Shown here piece by piece: positions 15,514 through 29,561 of a stretch of DNA of 64,000 nucleotides. How positions within the stretch are numbered: the stretch's first letter is position 1; each line of letters begins with the position of its first letter. Source of the DNA: the human T2T-CHM13v2.0 reference genome, Homo sapiens; the NCBI RefSeq assembly GCF_009914755.1, contig NC_060945.1; one strand, 5' to 3'. The notes under the pieces are model-generated. The model was not told where the DNA came from. It saw nothing but the letters and a program-made list of their open reading frames with translations, and ran no database searches. Position numbers and translations under genes: made by a program.

Positions 15514-16127
15514 GAGACAAGACAAGACAGACTATGAATAAATTAATCATACTGCTGTTTCTAACTCAAAGATTCAGGACACATGCTTTTGACTTAATTC
15601 TTCCATGTAGCATCTATAATATTATATCAAGTATCTTCTATCTTTACACATTGCCTCATTTATCGTTCATATTCCATCTGAATTTGTACCATATTGTATG
15701 TCTATTATCTTGTTCTTCCACATAAAAAATCCTGGTTTTCAAAAGCACAGAATATGAAGAAAATAAAATATAATTACTGATGTGCTTTTTTCCACATTAC
15801 ATATATAGTTTTAGATTAGTTATATTAATTAATCACAATTAATTCTCACTGCTGGGAAAATAAAATCTTATTTTGAAGGTGTTGATGTCCACTGCTTTTA
15901 TTTTCCTTTGTTAAGCTCACTAGTTTCCTCTGGAATCTGAGTTCTATTGAGAGGATCTTGAACAATTGTTGAGTTATAGCTTGCTCTATGTCAAATTAAT
16001 ATATTCAACTGAATTTTATAGAATTAATTATCTGAACACTCTAGTTTTCTAAAGATGAAAGAAAATTTGATACTTTAAAATATTTCTTCACAAATAAATT
16101 TTGAATTTGTTAGAAAAAAGACATTAA

Positions 16128-16425
16128 GGCTTTTCACCATGGCTCACAGCTGTAATCCCAGCACTTTGGGAGGCCAAGGCACGTGAATCACCTAAGGTCA
16201 GAAGTTCTAGACCAGCCTGGCCAATATGGTGAAACACTGTCTGTACTAAAAATACAAAATTTAGTTGGGCAAGTGGTGGGTGCCTGTAGTCCCAGCTACT
16301 TGACGGCTGAGGCAGGAGAATTGCTTGAACCCAGGAAGCAGAGTTTGCAGTGAGCCAAGATGGTGCCACTGAACTCCATCCTGGGTGGGAGAGTGAGACT
16401 CCATCTCAAAAAAAAAAAAAAAAAA
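16128..16425 (+). mobile_element. Alu (AluSx-like), full length
   Basis: Perfect 14-bp TSD aaaaaagacattaa (16114-16127 / 16420-16433). Confidence 0.96.
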
Positions 16426-16774
16426 GACATTAATATATTAATATTAATGTAAAGTTTAACTAAATTATTTTTAAAATTTGTAGAAAAGAATCTAGAATAT
16501 TCACTAATTAAAGTAAAAATTCATTTAAACAATTTCCCTAAATCCAAATCCTGTTTAAATTCTAGGGAATAATGATTATATAGGTCTGTTCAAATTTCAA
16601 TTTTCTACATAGGCATATACAGTCTTCTCTATTTTTTAAATCATCTACTCGACAAATATCAATTTAATTAAGGATTTATTATAGACATATTTATAAAGCA
16701 AGTATAGAAATTTAGTAAATTAAATCAGTAAATACTTAGCAATTTTATCGGTGAATTCGAAAATGCACCATCAA

Positions 16775-17089
<315 letters not shown>

Positions 17090-17198
17090 GTACTATCCGA
17101 AATAAATAAATATTCACCTACTACCACTGAAAGATGGCACCTTAAACCAAGAAACAAAAGGAGCTACTTGGACTGTAAGTAAAACATTGCACATAAGG

Positions 17199-17540
17199 CA
17201 GGGGTCCCCAACCCCTGGGCTGCAGACTGGTATGGGTTTGTGGCCTGTTAGGTACCTGGCTGCACAGCAGGAGGTGAGCAGCAGGTGAGCCAGCATTATG
17301 GCCCAAGCTCCGCCTCCTGTCAGATCAGCAGGATCACTAGATTGTCATAGGAGCACAAACCCCATTGTGAACTGAGCATGCGAGGGATCTAGGTTGCTAG
17401 TTCCTTATGGCAATCTAATGCCTGATGATCTGAGGTGGGACATTTTCATGCTGAAGCCATCCCTCCACTCCTTCTGTCCCACGGAAAAAACTGTCTTCCA
17501 TGAAACCAGTATCTGGTACCAAAAAGGTTGAGGACCACTG
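17199..17540 (+). mobile_element. MER1B (hAT-Charlie) DNA transposon, complete
   Basis: TIRs caggggtccccaacc / ggttgaggaccactg; perfect 8-bp TSD acataagg (17191-17198 / 17541-17548). Confidence 0.95.
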
Positions 17541-18562
17541 ACATAAGGGATGTAGAATAGTTCCCAGACCCTCTAAAAGCTTGTTTTTACATATGTACAA
17601 AACTTCAGGTCATTCAATTTCTGAATCATTTCTTATTTTCTCCAAGTCAATGATTATGTTCACTCTGTATTTTGTCAGTATGTTGACACTCACCTTCATG
17701 CTGCCTTTTAAAATTGTGCTACTAGTGTCCTGAGATTCTGCAGTTCACTCATACTGTCTCATATGCATACCTTCCATTCTTCATTTTACCTTTTTCATTT
17801 GTTATCCCTGCCATATAAAGAGTAGTAACATTGTCAATCACATAGGTGATGGTGTTGTACATACAGGAAATGGTTCAATCCTGGTTCTTGATGTGACAGG
17901 ACAATAAACAAATCCCTGGCACAACTACGGAATGTGATTAATTAAAAGGAAGTACAGAAAAATAGATGTAAAAAAAGAGCTAATAGTTATTTAAAATCTG
18001 AAATAAGAATTTAAGACAAAAAATGATGGCCAAAAAAAAAAAAAGAGGAAGCGCAGTGATTAACATCTCAAAACAGTAGATACTGGAAAGCCTAGGGCAC
18101 CTGGGGTTGCCAAAGAATAAGAAGTATGAAGTCCGTTTAAGCAAGACAGTGCTTTCCTTTAAAAAACAAAGTCTGTGTTTCAGCTATAATTTGAATGAGA
18201 CAGAAACATGTATTGTTATTGGGTAAGGAGAGATCAATAATTTGATGATGTTTATAACAGTTGACTGAGAAGCCGATGATATAATTTTCCCAGAACCCTT
18301 TGTTCCAAGTGATTGAAATTTTGTCATATCCTGTAACTTGAGCTCCTATCTATCACCAAGAGGATTCTCTTTTTGTGTCAGTGTGATTGAGGTATAATCC
18401 CTACACAATATAATTGAATGTTTTAGCATATTCAGAGAGACATGAAATCATCACGACAATCAATTTTTAAATATTTGTGAAACAATTTAGGAAATCACTC
18501 CGAAAGGAATTTCATGCCCATTATCATCCCCTTATTTCACACCAAATCTTCTTAACACTAGG

Positions 18563-18839
18563 CCACAACTAATTTATTTTCTTTATCTATAGATTGTCTA
18601 TACTGCGCATTTTATATAAATATAATCTTACAGTCTGTGGTCTTTTGTGACTATCTTTATTTGCTTAGCATTATGTTTGCAAGGTTCATTCATACCATGT
18701 CCATTCCACAACTAATTTACTTTCTTTATCTATAGGTTGTCTATACTGCATATTTCACATAAATATAATCATACACTCTGTGGTCTTTTGTGACTATCTT
18801 CATTCACTTAGCGTTCTGTTTGCAAAGTTCATTCATACC
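18563..18839 (+). repeat. Tandem duplication (period 143 bp) inside L1
   Basis: ccacaactaattta...gttcattcatacc at 18563-18696 and 18706-18839. Confidence 0.95.
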
Positions 18840-19662
18840 TCTTCATTCACAGCATCCATTTGTACCATGTTTTGGTACTTGATTCCTATTTATTACCAAG
18901 CAATATTTTATATTTTGACGAACTTAAAGACTGTTTTACAAAATGTGTTAACTATTTTATATGAGAGTTTCAGTTTCTCCACAATTTCACCAACATTTTC
19001 CATCTTACTGGGTGTGAAATTATAGCTCATTGTGGTTTTGATTTGCATTTTTCTGATGACTAATGATGTTCAGCATCTTTTTACTTTCTTACTGGCTATT
19101 TGTATACCTTCTTTGGAGAAATGGTTATTCAGATTTCCTTACCTATTTTTACACTGGGTTGCTTCTCTTTTTCTTATTGAATATATTATATATTCTACAT
19201 TAAGTCCCTCATCAGATAAATAATTTTTAAAAATATTTTGTACTATTCTGTGAGTGGTCTTTATCCTTTCTCCTTGGTGTCCATTGAAACACATTTTCAG
19301 GAAATTTAGATGAAGTCCAATTTATTTCCTTTTCTTGTTGCTTGCAATTTTGGTGTTCCATCTAAGAAAGTTTTAATCAAAGTTCATAATTTATTTCTGT
19401 ATTTTCTTATAAAAGCTTGATAACTTAAGTTCTTACATTTAGGCGTTTATCTATTTTAAGGATTTTTAAAATAAAAGATAAAAACGTAGTCCAACCTGAT
19501 TCATTTAAAGTAGATATCCAGTGGCCCCAGAACAATATGTTAGGCAAACTCTTCTTTCCCCCATTCAACTGTCTTGCCATCACTTTTGACAATAGACTCC
19601 AAATGTGAGGGTTAAATAATGCACACTCAATTAAATTCCATTTATAGATAGGTCTATCTTAT

Positions 19663-19954
19663 AGCTGGTTGCAGTGGCTCATGCCTGTAATCCCAGCACT
19701 TTAGGAGGCTGAGGCGGGTGGAACACCTGAGGTCAGGGGTTTGAGACCAGCCTAGCCAACATGGGGAAATCCCATCTCTACTAAAAATACAAAAATTAGC
19801 TAGGCATGGTGGCATACGACTGTAGTCCCAGCTACTCAGGAGGCTGAGGTATGAGAATCAAATTGCCGGAACCCAGGAGGCAGAGGTTGCAGTGAGCCAA
19901 GATCGTGCCAATATACTCCAACCTGGGTAACAGTGAGACTCCATCTCAAAAAAA
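19663..19954 (+). mobile_element. Alu (AluSx/Sz-like)
   Basis: Full dimer; diverged TSD agataggtctatcttat / agatatgtctgtcttat. Confidence 0.94.
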
Positions 19955-20226
19955 GATATGTCTGTCTTATGCTAGCACCACATAGTCTTGTTTACAGTAG
20001 CTTTGCAGGAAGCTTTCAACATTTTTTTTCTTTTTTTTCAAGATTGTTTTGGTTATTTAGTGTCTCTTCAATTTCCACATATATTTTAGAATCAGCTTGT
20101 CAATGTCTACAAAAAAAAAAAAAAAAACGAAGTTGGAATTTTGATAGGGTTTACTTTGAAGCCACAGAGCAATTTGGGGACCATTGCCATTTTAACAATG
20201 TTAATTCTTACAATCTATGCTCATAG

Positions 20227-20524
<298 letters not shown>

Positions 20525-20874
20525 TAGTTCTTGTTGTAAAGTTTACACCTAAGTAATTCACCCCTTTTGATACTCTTGCAAATTGAACTGTTTGCTTTAT
20601 TTTATTTTTGCATTGTTCATTGCTATTGTATAGAAACAAAAAATTGCTTTTTATATATTGATATTTTTGCACGGATTTCTTAGGATTTTCTATGTACATG
20701 ACCATGTCATCTGCAAATGAAATAGTTTTATTTCTTTATCAATCCGGATGAATTTATTAAAATTATCTTGCCTAATTTCCCAAATAGGGCCTCCATGTTG
20801 AACATAAGTGGTGGCAAGGGTGATCTGTTGCTAATCTCAGTGGATGATATTCAGTGTTTTACAATGATCTTCGA

Positions 20875-21230
20875 CAGCTCTGGCTGTTAAATTATCATAG
20901 TCTGTATGGCCTAAACAAACAAAATACTTATGATTATGGGGGAGGCTGGGATATCCAAGATCAAGTTGCTGGCAGGTCTAGCAACCTGCCGCTGGGAAGC
21001 CCTGCTTCCCAGTTTTCAGATGGCCACCTTCTTATAGTATCTTCACCAAAGATAGGGCAGAGAGAGCAAGCAAGCTCTCTACCTTCTCATATAAGGGCAC
21101 TAATCCCACCATGAAGGCGCCACTGTCATGACCTGATTATGTCACAAAGACCCCGGGGCAAATATTACCACTGTGAGGAGTACAGTTTTAGCATGTGAAT
21201 TTTGGAAGAACACAAACATTTAGTACAGAG
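20875..21230 (-). mobile_element. MLT1A-like LTR
   Basis: ggaggctggga..tccaagatcaag..cagatggccaccttct..tataagggcactaatccca..tgaattttggaagaacacaaacatt. Confidence 0.82.
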
Positions 21231-22700
21231 TGACTATTAAGTATGTTATTAACTATGGAGTTTTTGTAGGCATTTTTTAACACATTGAGAAAGTTTCCTC
21301 TATTCCTACTTTTGTTGAGAAGTTTTTATGATGACAAGGCATTACATTTTATCCAATGACTTTTCTGTGTGTATTGAGATGACTGATTTGTTCTGCCAAT
21401 TTAAATCCATTGTTGATTCTCTCTAGGATTTTTTTTATTTCAGTTATTAAATTTTTCAACAGGAGAATTACTGTCTTGTTCTTTTTTTTGTAATTTCTGT
21501 CCCCTTACTGGTATTCCATATTTAATAAGGCATCATAATAGTACTCTTCTTTAGTTTCTTAAAGATGGTTTTCTTTAGTTTTTAACATATTTATGTCTAT
21601 TTAGAAGTCTTTGTTAAGTCTGACATCTGAGCTCTCTCAAAGTTTCTGCTGATTTTTTTTTTCCTATGTTTGGTTCACACTGTTTTGTTTCTATGTATGT
21701 CACAATTTCTTTTCAAAACTGGACATTTTATATAGCATTATAGCAGCTCCATATACTAAAGTCCCCTTTCCTCCAAATGCTTGTTTTTTCATATATTTGT
21801 TTAAGTGACTTGCCTTTATTAATGGTAAACTCTATTTCCTCTACTTTGTGGGGTTCTGGTTCACCCCTCAGAAAACTCACCCCTGAGCCTATGAACAGTG
21901 ATTCTGAGATGACAGTGTTTATGGAAGGGCTCTCTTTGAGCATCTCTTCCCTCTATAATGCCGTCTGCTTCTGATGGTACCACAGCTGGCAATTTGGCTT
22001 CATTCATTGCTGGATGGTTGCTGTATTTTTGGAAAATGCTCTTTTTCCTTGGTATGTTCTGTAAACTAGCTGGTCTGCAGCTTATTTTACTATTTTCCCA
22101 GAGCTACCAGCCTCCTCTTAGTTGCTCACCCCCAAAATCAATATGATATAATATAAAGGCTCACATTGGGGTATAAAGAAAGCCAGTTCTTTCGGGGAGA
22201 GCTTTTGAGCCTTCCCTTATGGTCTGTCTCTCACATGACACCAAATATCCAAGCCAGTTCTTCATAGCTGTCAGTGGAGACAGTTGGCTGCTTTTCTGAG
22301 TGGCATCTTACTTTATAAGCAGGATACAGTCCAGTTATGGTGACCCCTGGTCTTTTCATCTTGATCCTCCTAGCATGAAACATGACTTTATCAATGAGCT
22401 AGAGCAAGGGCAATTGAAGTTCTATTATTTCCTGCCCATAGAAACTTTTTCCTTTGACAGGGACTGCATAGTGAAATGGAAACCCTGGCCTCTTGATCAC
22501 ACTTTCCTGGAGTTTAGTCCCCTCTGCAATATGTACCTGGGAGTCATAAGAAATGCCAGTTACAAAAACTTCCTGTACAGATATCCTAGCACTCAACTGG
22601 AAACCGGGGAGAGTCACAATTCTGTCTTTCCAGCCATATGTAACTGAAATGGAGATCTTTTCACCCTGAGCCAGGGGTGATGGGAAAGGGAGCTGGTCAT
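21230..22700 (-). mobile_element. Old L1M fragments (ORF2 piece, then ORF1/5' region)
   Basis: ttgagaaagtttcctctattccta; ttttatttcagttattaaatttttcaac; aaaactggacattttatata. The right boundary is uncertain. Confidence 0.55.
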
Positions 22701-23839
22701 GGCTCAATGTTTAGCCTTTTCTTGGTCTTCAAGATTTCATAGACATTCTTAAATACATGTTTCTTTCAATGAAGTTTGCCCTTAGGACAATTCACAGCTA
22801 CATTAGGTACTTTTTAAATAATACTTTTGACCATCCGTGGTTATTTCATTGAAGAAAATCTATAGAGCACCTCAGCCATCATTCCAGAAGTGACTATCCT
22901 CCTCAGTAATGGTTCTTATTCTAATTTTAAATATCATTGATGTAGAACATTCTATTTCACTATTCCTTCATTTTATTATTATGGGAAATTATATACAGTT
23001 CTCCAGATTTTTAAAGCCTTGCTAACATGTTTTAAGTCACACAAATATTCTTCTGTGGGAAAATGACAGTAATTTAGTGTGCAACAATTATATAGAACTA
23101 TTTTTCAAACTTATAAACGAAGTGAAATTCTAAATAAAATCATTTATCAAACACAAAAATTTGAGCCAGAATAAGGAATGTAAATTACAATTTAAACACA
23201 GATTATAAACTATCTTACTTTTAAAATGTTAAAATTCCTAACTTGTTTGAAAAATTTGTGCCTGCCTAATATTTGAGAATAATGTTAATAATGTGATTGA
23301 CAAGAACTAAATTCCTTGTAATTACTGAAAATGTGAGAATACACCATGGAATTTAATCAATCTCTCCTGCAAAAATTTAACAAATAAAATTTCAGTATTA
23401 AGTAATGAAAACAATTGCCTTCTTGGTATGTGGTTCACTAAGAAGTTTTGACCATAACTATAAACAACAATATCACAGGCATAAAAGTTGGAGTCACTTC
23501 AAAGAGATTTTCACAAAAAAGTAACTAGAAGCCTGCTAATGTTTTCTATCAAGCAGGTTTCTTGAGTTGCTAAAATAAAAGTTAATGTTATCATTAAATA
23601 AATATTTATACCATAATATGTGTTATAAAAACTTTTGAATGAAGTTTCTAAAGCAAAATGGTGCCTAAATAAATCAGTGATTGATGTTAATGAACAAAAG
23701 TAAAAATCGATAACATTGTAATGTATAGGAATAAATTAAATTACAGAAATAACCTATTTCAGTTGCTACATGAATTATGTAATACAATGTTATAATAAAT
23801 AATCTGTGCTACATGCTGTAACATGAATGCCAATATCAT

Positions 23840-24985
23840 ATGTTGATACTCCTCCTCTTCTCAAAGGGCAATTTTTCTGAGACAGAATAGTCAGGATCTC
23901 ATCACTCTCAAGTTAAATAAAAAATGAAAGGGAAGTCTTTAGTTCTATTTCATCCAAATTTGCTTTGCTCATTTTTATTTTGGGAGATTCATCTATATTT
24001 TCGAATGTAGAAAAAGTTTGTTTATTGTCTTAGTAAAGAAATTATACCCCTGTTTTTAACTACATCATAGTATATATTTACTAATTTCTACTCTTACTGT
24101 TATTTCTAGCTTTGTGTTATATATATTTAATTATATCCACACAAACATATATATTTAACTACTTCTATTTACATAAATATTTAATTTGCATTTTCTTTAC
24201 GACTAACACAATTGAACACATTGTCATATGCTTATGAAAAACTTAGGTAGTCTTGTAAATTGACTCTTAGAGAAATTTCTCATTGTTAAGTTTTCTGTCT
24301 TTCTATGTGTTCTGGAAACAACTCCCTTTTTAGATATATGTATTGAAATTATCTTCTATCATTCTACTGGCTGTATTTTACTCTATTTATGATGTCTTTT
24401 TATGAACATATTCTTAATTTAAATGCAGTCTTATTTATCCATTTTCCCTCATAGTTAGCACTTTTTCAGTCTAATTTTAAAATATTTGCTTATGTCAACA
24501 GCATAAATATATTTGCCTGTATGTAATTCTAAACACGTTATTTGTTTTCTTTTCATATTTAGATCAAAATCTATCTGAAATTGATTTTATGCATGCAGTA
24601 AGCTAGAGGTTAACATGATTTAGTTTTCTATGTAAATATTCTGTTGATCCAACAGAATTTATTGAAATGTGTTTTTTTTTTCACCCATAGCATGTCAGTG
24701 TCAAACATGTTATAAACCTGGAAACAATTAATGTGTAAGCTATTTCTAGAGTCTCCCATTCGTTTATTCATCTATTATTGTACCAATAACACATTGTATT
24801 AGTTGATATAGCTTTATTATATGTCTCAACATCAGGTAGTTTAAATCTTGCAAGTTGTTCTTTACACAGATTGCTTTGGCTATTTGCTCTTTGAAACTTC
24901 ATATAAATTATATATCCACTTGTCAGTTTTGATTAAACTTTCTAGAATATGATTGGGATTGCAATGGATACATATATAACTCAGA
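23840..24985 (-). mobile_element. Diverged L1ME-type fragment
   Basis: ttaatttgcattttct..gactaa..ttgaacacatt; ctatctgaaattgattttatg; attgctttggctattt..atgattgggattgca. Confidence 0.65.
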
Positions 24986-27900
24986 GGTGATAAAATATAT
25001 AGTTAAGTTCTAAAGGTATTCTAAATAAGAGAGGGATTATGACAACTCATAACAGTTGCTTCTTTTATAAGTTTGCCTTTATATCATTGCATAGGGTTTT
25101 GCATAACTAACAAGAACAGAAAGAACATCATCAAATAAATAAGACCAACAAAGGATGAGAATAATGAATTCATGTCACTAGGAAAAATGGCCTGAGTATC
25201 TTAAATGGATGTTAAGAAAACTTTATTGAGTGGCTTTACTGATATATCAATAAAAGAGAGAATACTGAAGCAGGGCTGGTTTGAGTCGGGGGGGGGGATC
25301 AAATTTTTTTAAATACCAGCAGTAAAATGAATAATACAACAAATATGCTTAGTCAGGAGAAATGTGATATGTAATTACATATCTAAATTTTCATCTAAAT
25401 TTTGTCACACATTTTGCAGAAAAGATTTTGAATAAAAAATTTTATATTTGTATTTACTCTTCATTTGCATTGGTGTTAGATAATTTGTAATTTCCACTAA
25501 GAAGCCTGTGTGTGTGCCTAGTACACTAGACACATAAACTATCATAGATCTCTGCATTGCAATTATCTGTTAAGTAGTCTGTATATTTTATTATATTCTA
25601 ACTTTTCTTTGGGAAAAAAAGTTATACTCATTGTTTCATCCTTAGTGCTTGAAATATTGCTAGGCATATGATAATAGCAATAGCAAATAAGATCTAACAT
25701 TCATGGAGTGCTTACATTTTCAAATTACAATTTTGTTAATATGATGCCTTTAAAGACCACTAATGTGATCTTCAAGTAGAATGCCATTGACATGCTCTAA
25801 AGTTACACCATTTTAAAAAGTGAGGAAATGGAAATATCAAATATTGTTTCTTTTAATAAAAATTGGTAATACCATTAGTAACTTTTATAATCTATTACTG
25901 CTTTTCTTTTTTGCAAACTCATTCCATTTTTATATGGGATATATGTGATATAAGTAAGAAAGTTCTGATGGGAATATTAGTTAATTTGAGCATGTTCAGT
26001 CTGAATATTCTGTAAGTTTCATCAGTTTTTTCTTTATCAATGATATAAACAAAAATTCTCATTTTTAGTCATTTTTAATACACATACAAAATCTCCATTT
26101 CAGATTTGTTCCAATAATTTAGCACATTCTACCGCAATATGGGGCAAGTTTGGCAGAGAGTAGTTTAAGGGTGTAAAAGAAGGAGGTGAAAGGAATGAAA
26201 ATGTTTTGCATTAGAGGAGAGGGCATAGGGTAAAGAGCATCACACAAATAGAGGACCTGCAAGAACAAAGAAGCATGAGGGCATCAGTGATAGAAAGAGC
26301 AGAGAGAAGAGGAAAGTAAAGTGAAAATAAGAGAGAAATAATTCACTTACAAAATTGCTTAGGACTGAATCTTAGATTTCTGCCATACCTGAGATAAAAG
26401 AGGGGAGAGGCAACTCTTTTATCTCCATAAATAATCTCTACAACACCAAATATCTAATCCTGGGAGAGGAATTCATGCCTTTATTAATTTACAGTAATAT
26501 TTCATACATTTAACTTTGAAAGAAGCTATTTTGCAGTTCAATGTGATATTTAAGTAGAGGTAAACTTTTTATTACAGTGAATGATAACTGAACTTCAGAA
26601 AAAAATAATTTGTAATATCATTGCAACTTTTACATTTTGTGAAACATTTTAATAACCAAGCATTTTATGGTAAAAGTAATCTCATGAGCTATGAATGAAA
26701 ACATTCAAGTTGTAAAGTTACTTGGATTATGGAAATCTTATGAGAATATGTAGCTTGCATATGGCAGACCATGACTCAGAACTTGCATTTCCAACTGTGG
26801 AACTTACTTTCTACTTCATAAAATTAAAATCTGGTATTTTTTTTCTCCTATAAAAATATAAAAAGTTATTTTATCTTATTTTTAAAGAGTTGGCATGATA
26901 AATTTAAAAGCTTGAATAAAAACAAATCAATAATTTTTTTCAGTTCCATAAAATGCTGAGACAGGATTTTTTTTTTTAGTTATGTTGAGATAAAAATCAA
27001 ATAATAAAGAATTAAAAAAAGGTTGCAATAAAGAAAAAAAGAATGGAGAAGACACAAGAAATGCTGACTATACATCTTGGATAGATGCCATTAGCTCTTC
27101 TATTCTCTGTTGCTCTTAAATGCTGACTGTGTAAACTGAGGAATTTGATATAGGAGAAATTATTTTAAACAGTCTTCCATTTTAACACGTGGCAAACCTA
27201 TAGTATGTTTTCATTTTGAATATCTAATATAATTCTAATTATAATCATTAACCCTTATGAAATTAAAATAAATTATATTACCATTAAAATACATTCTTTC
27301 AAAAATAACTTCTTCATACTACGTATTTTAGTAGTGCTTACTAGTTCTTTAATAGGACCTCATGGTTTAAATTGTAAAAGGTCTCAAAATTTTAATACAG
27401 TCCCAAATTTTAAATGCATTTTGAAAACAAAAGGAAAAAACATAGCTCTAATATTGGAAAGTTATGGGCTGTAAAGTTATTTAAAATATTCAGAAAAACA
27501 AAGGTAAATTGTATATATTTATATTTACAAAAAATTTATGTTTTCTATGAATAACAAACACATATTGGTCATCAAACATAGGAGAAACCTGTACAAGGAA
27601 ATCAAATTGTATCTGACAGATAAAATCAAGTTTTGGAAACCATCCATGGATCATGTGAAATTCATTAATATGTCTCCATTTCAAATGATACTTCATCTAT
27701 GATACAGGCTTTATTGTCTGAAATAGTCTCATGGAGTCAACGTTATTACTAGTCTCTCAATGATCATATGAAAATTCTTTAATAATTCATTACTTTCTAT
27801 TTTTAAATCAGTTTATTTGGGATATCTGTAATAAGAATTTCTTCAGAAGTTGAATAAAATAAGTCTCTTTAACTCTTTACATTTGAAAAGTTCTGCAGAC

Positions 27901-29013
27901 AGGCAATATGTAATTAGTAATAAGCATATGTTCGAGGACAGAGTTTCACCCAGAAGAAAAAAGTAGCAGCAGACAACAACAACAAAAAATTCATATGCAA
28001 ATGTATTTGCGGAGAGACACTTCACATATGAAAAAACCTTTGGGCACAGTTAAACTCCAAATATGATAATGATGATAGCAAAGATGTTCTATTTTCCTTA
28101 CCATCTTTTCATTTGAATAAAATGTTCAAATTTCAGACTCATACATTTCTTCAGGCATGAGATAACTATTCTGTAAGAGGCGATGACCCCTTTATATTCT
28201 TCAGATAGTCATGTTTCTCATCAAGTAATGCTAAAAGAAGATTGCTTCTCTACTCTCTCAATTAAAATCAATAAACGTGCTTCCTGGAGGATCTTCCTTT
28301 CTAATTCTCTACCCTGCTAAAAACAGGCTATGAGAGTATATCTTTCATACATAGCATATCAAAAAAAAACTCAGAGATTTTTTTCATCTTTTGCTGCTTA
28401 CTGCTTTACCATCTTAAAAGTGTTAAAAATAACAAAAGAGAAAACTCAGAGCTTAGTCTTGGAAATAGAGGAATATTTGTGTTATTTCATATAGTTGTAA
28501 TTTAGTGAGATGCCATTTTTCTCTTATTTTTTTCCATTCATTCAAGACATATTTATGGAGAACCCTTTCACGAGGCAGGAATATATAATCACTGGGTAGT
28601 CAAAGCAACTTCAATTCTTTGAAGGTCTTGCTGCCTAGATGGTAAAATAATGAAAATAGTGTAGAATTTTTGATGCAATGGCAGCAGTAAGCCATTGTAG
28701 AGACTTGAGTTCTGATTTCCATATTATCCTTTAAATATAAATAAAACTTAAGGTACAACAAATGTCATTTTATATTAGATTTATTGATCAGAATTTGAGT
28801 GCCTTTTAAAAACTACGAGTTCTCCTCCATTTTCAACATGGAAACATCCATTAAGTTGTTGAGGTCTTTTTTAATACTTCTTTCCACTCATATTTTTGTT
28901 ACCATGACCTCTCAACTGGATTATTTAAATTACTTCATTTTTTCCTCTAATTCACTCCTTTTGTTTCTGCCTCCGATTATTTCAATCTCACAGCTAGATT
29001 TAACATTTTAGAG

Positions 29014-29214
29014 CAGTGCTTTCCGTTAAAATCTCTGTGATGATAAAAATCTTCTACATCTGCACTATACAATATGGTAACCACATATTGTTATGGAGCC
29101 CTGGACATGTAGCTAATGCAACTGAGGGCATAATTTCACTTATATTCGATTTTAATAAATGTAAAAGTAAATAGCTAATTTTGCTAGTAGCTAATGTATT
29201 GAATGGCACTACTG
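29014..29214 (+). mobile_element. MER3-like hAT-Charlie element within L2 remnants
   Basis: cagtgctttcc..ctgtgatgataaaaat..tctgcactatacaatatggtaaccac..atgtagcta..gcaactgagg..taaatagc..gctagtagcta..gtattg. Confidence 0.75.
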
Positions 29215-29561
29215 CAGAACAAAAATCTAATTATTTCTATTCCTGCTCATAAGTCTTCTACTCCTCTCAGTGTGATGTCAAACTCTTCAACATGAATGAA
29301 AATCAATATCAATATTGATCTTTGCTTATTTGCTAATCTCATATATACTCCTTCTCCCTTCATTCCATGAAATCTATTGGGTAGTTAGACTTAATTAGTT
29401 TAGTATATTTGACCATACACTTTTCTATCACTTAATGATATACATGTCATTCTCTCTACGTATATGGTTCCACTTTTATCACAATAGAACGGTAGGGCCA
29501 GAAACTGGATACTGTAGAGTGGAAAAATTTCAATGATTTATGAAGATGAGAAGAAACTCAC

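Larger units (their letters stand above)
14090..15820 (-). mobile_element. Highly diverged L1ME-type 3' UTR fragments hosting an Alu copy and STRs
   Basis: gcagcccagaaggccttcatgtgcc..aaagtaacagctattctga..tatttctccaagaagcc..tctggtctgggtgtt; weak similarity. Confidence 0.45.

Noticed and set aside
22300-22707. Overlapping 115-aa (+) and 102-aa (-) ORFs
   Set aside because: Non-ATG starts, no recognisable domain, and they lie in probable old L1 5' sequence; no support for coding.
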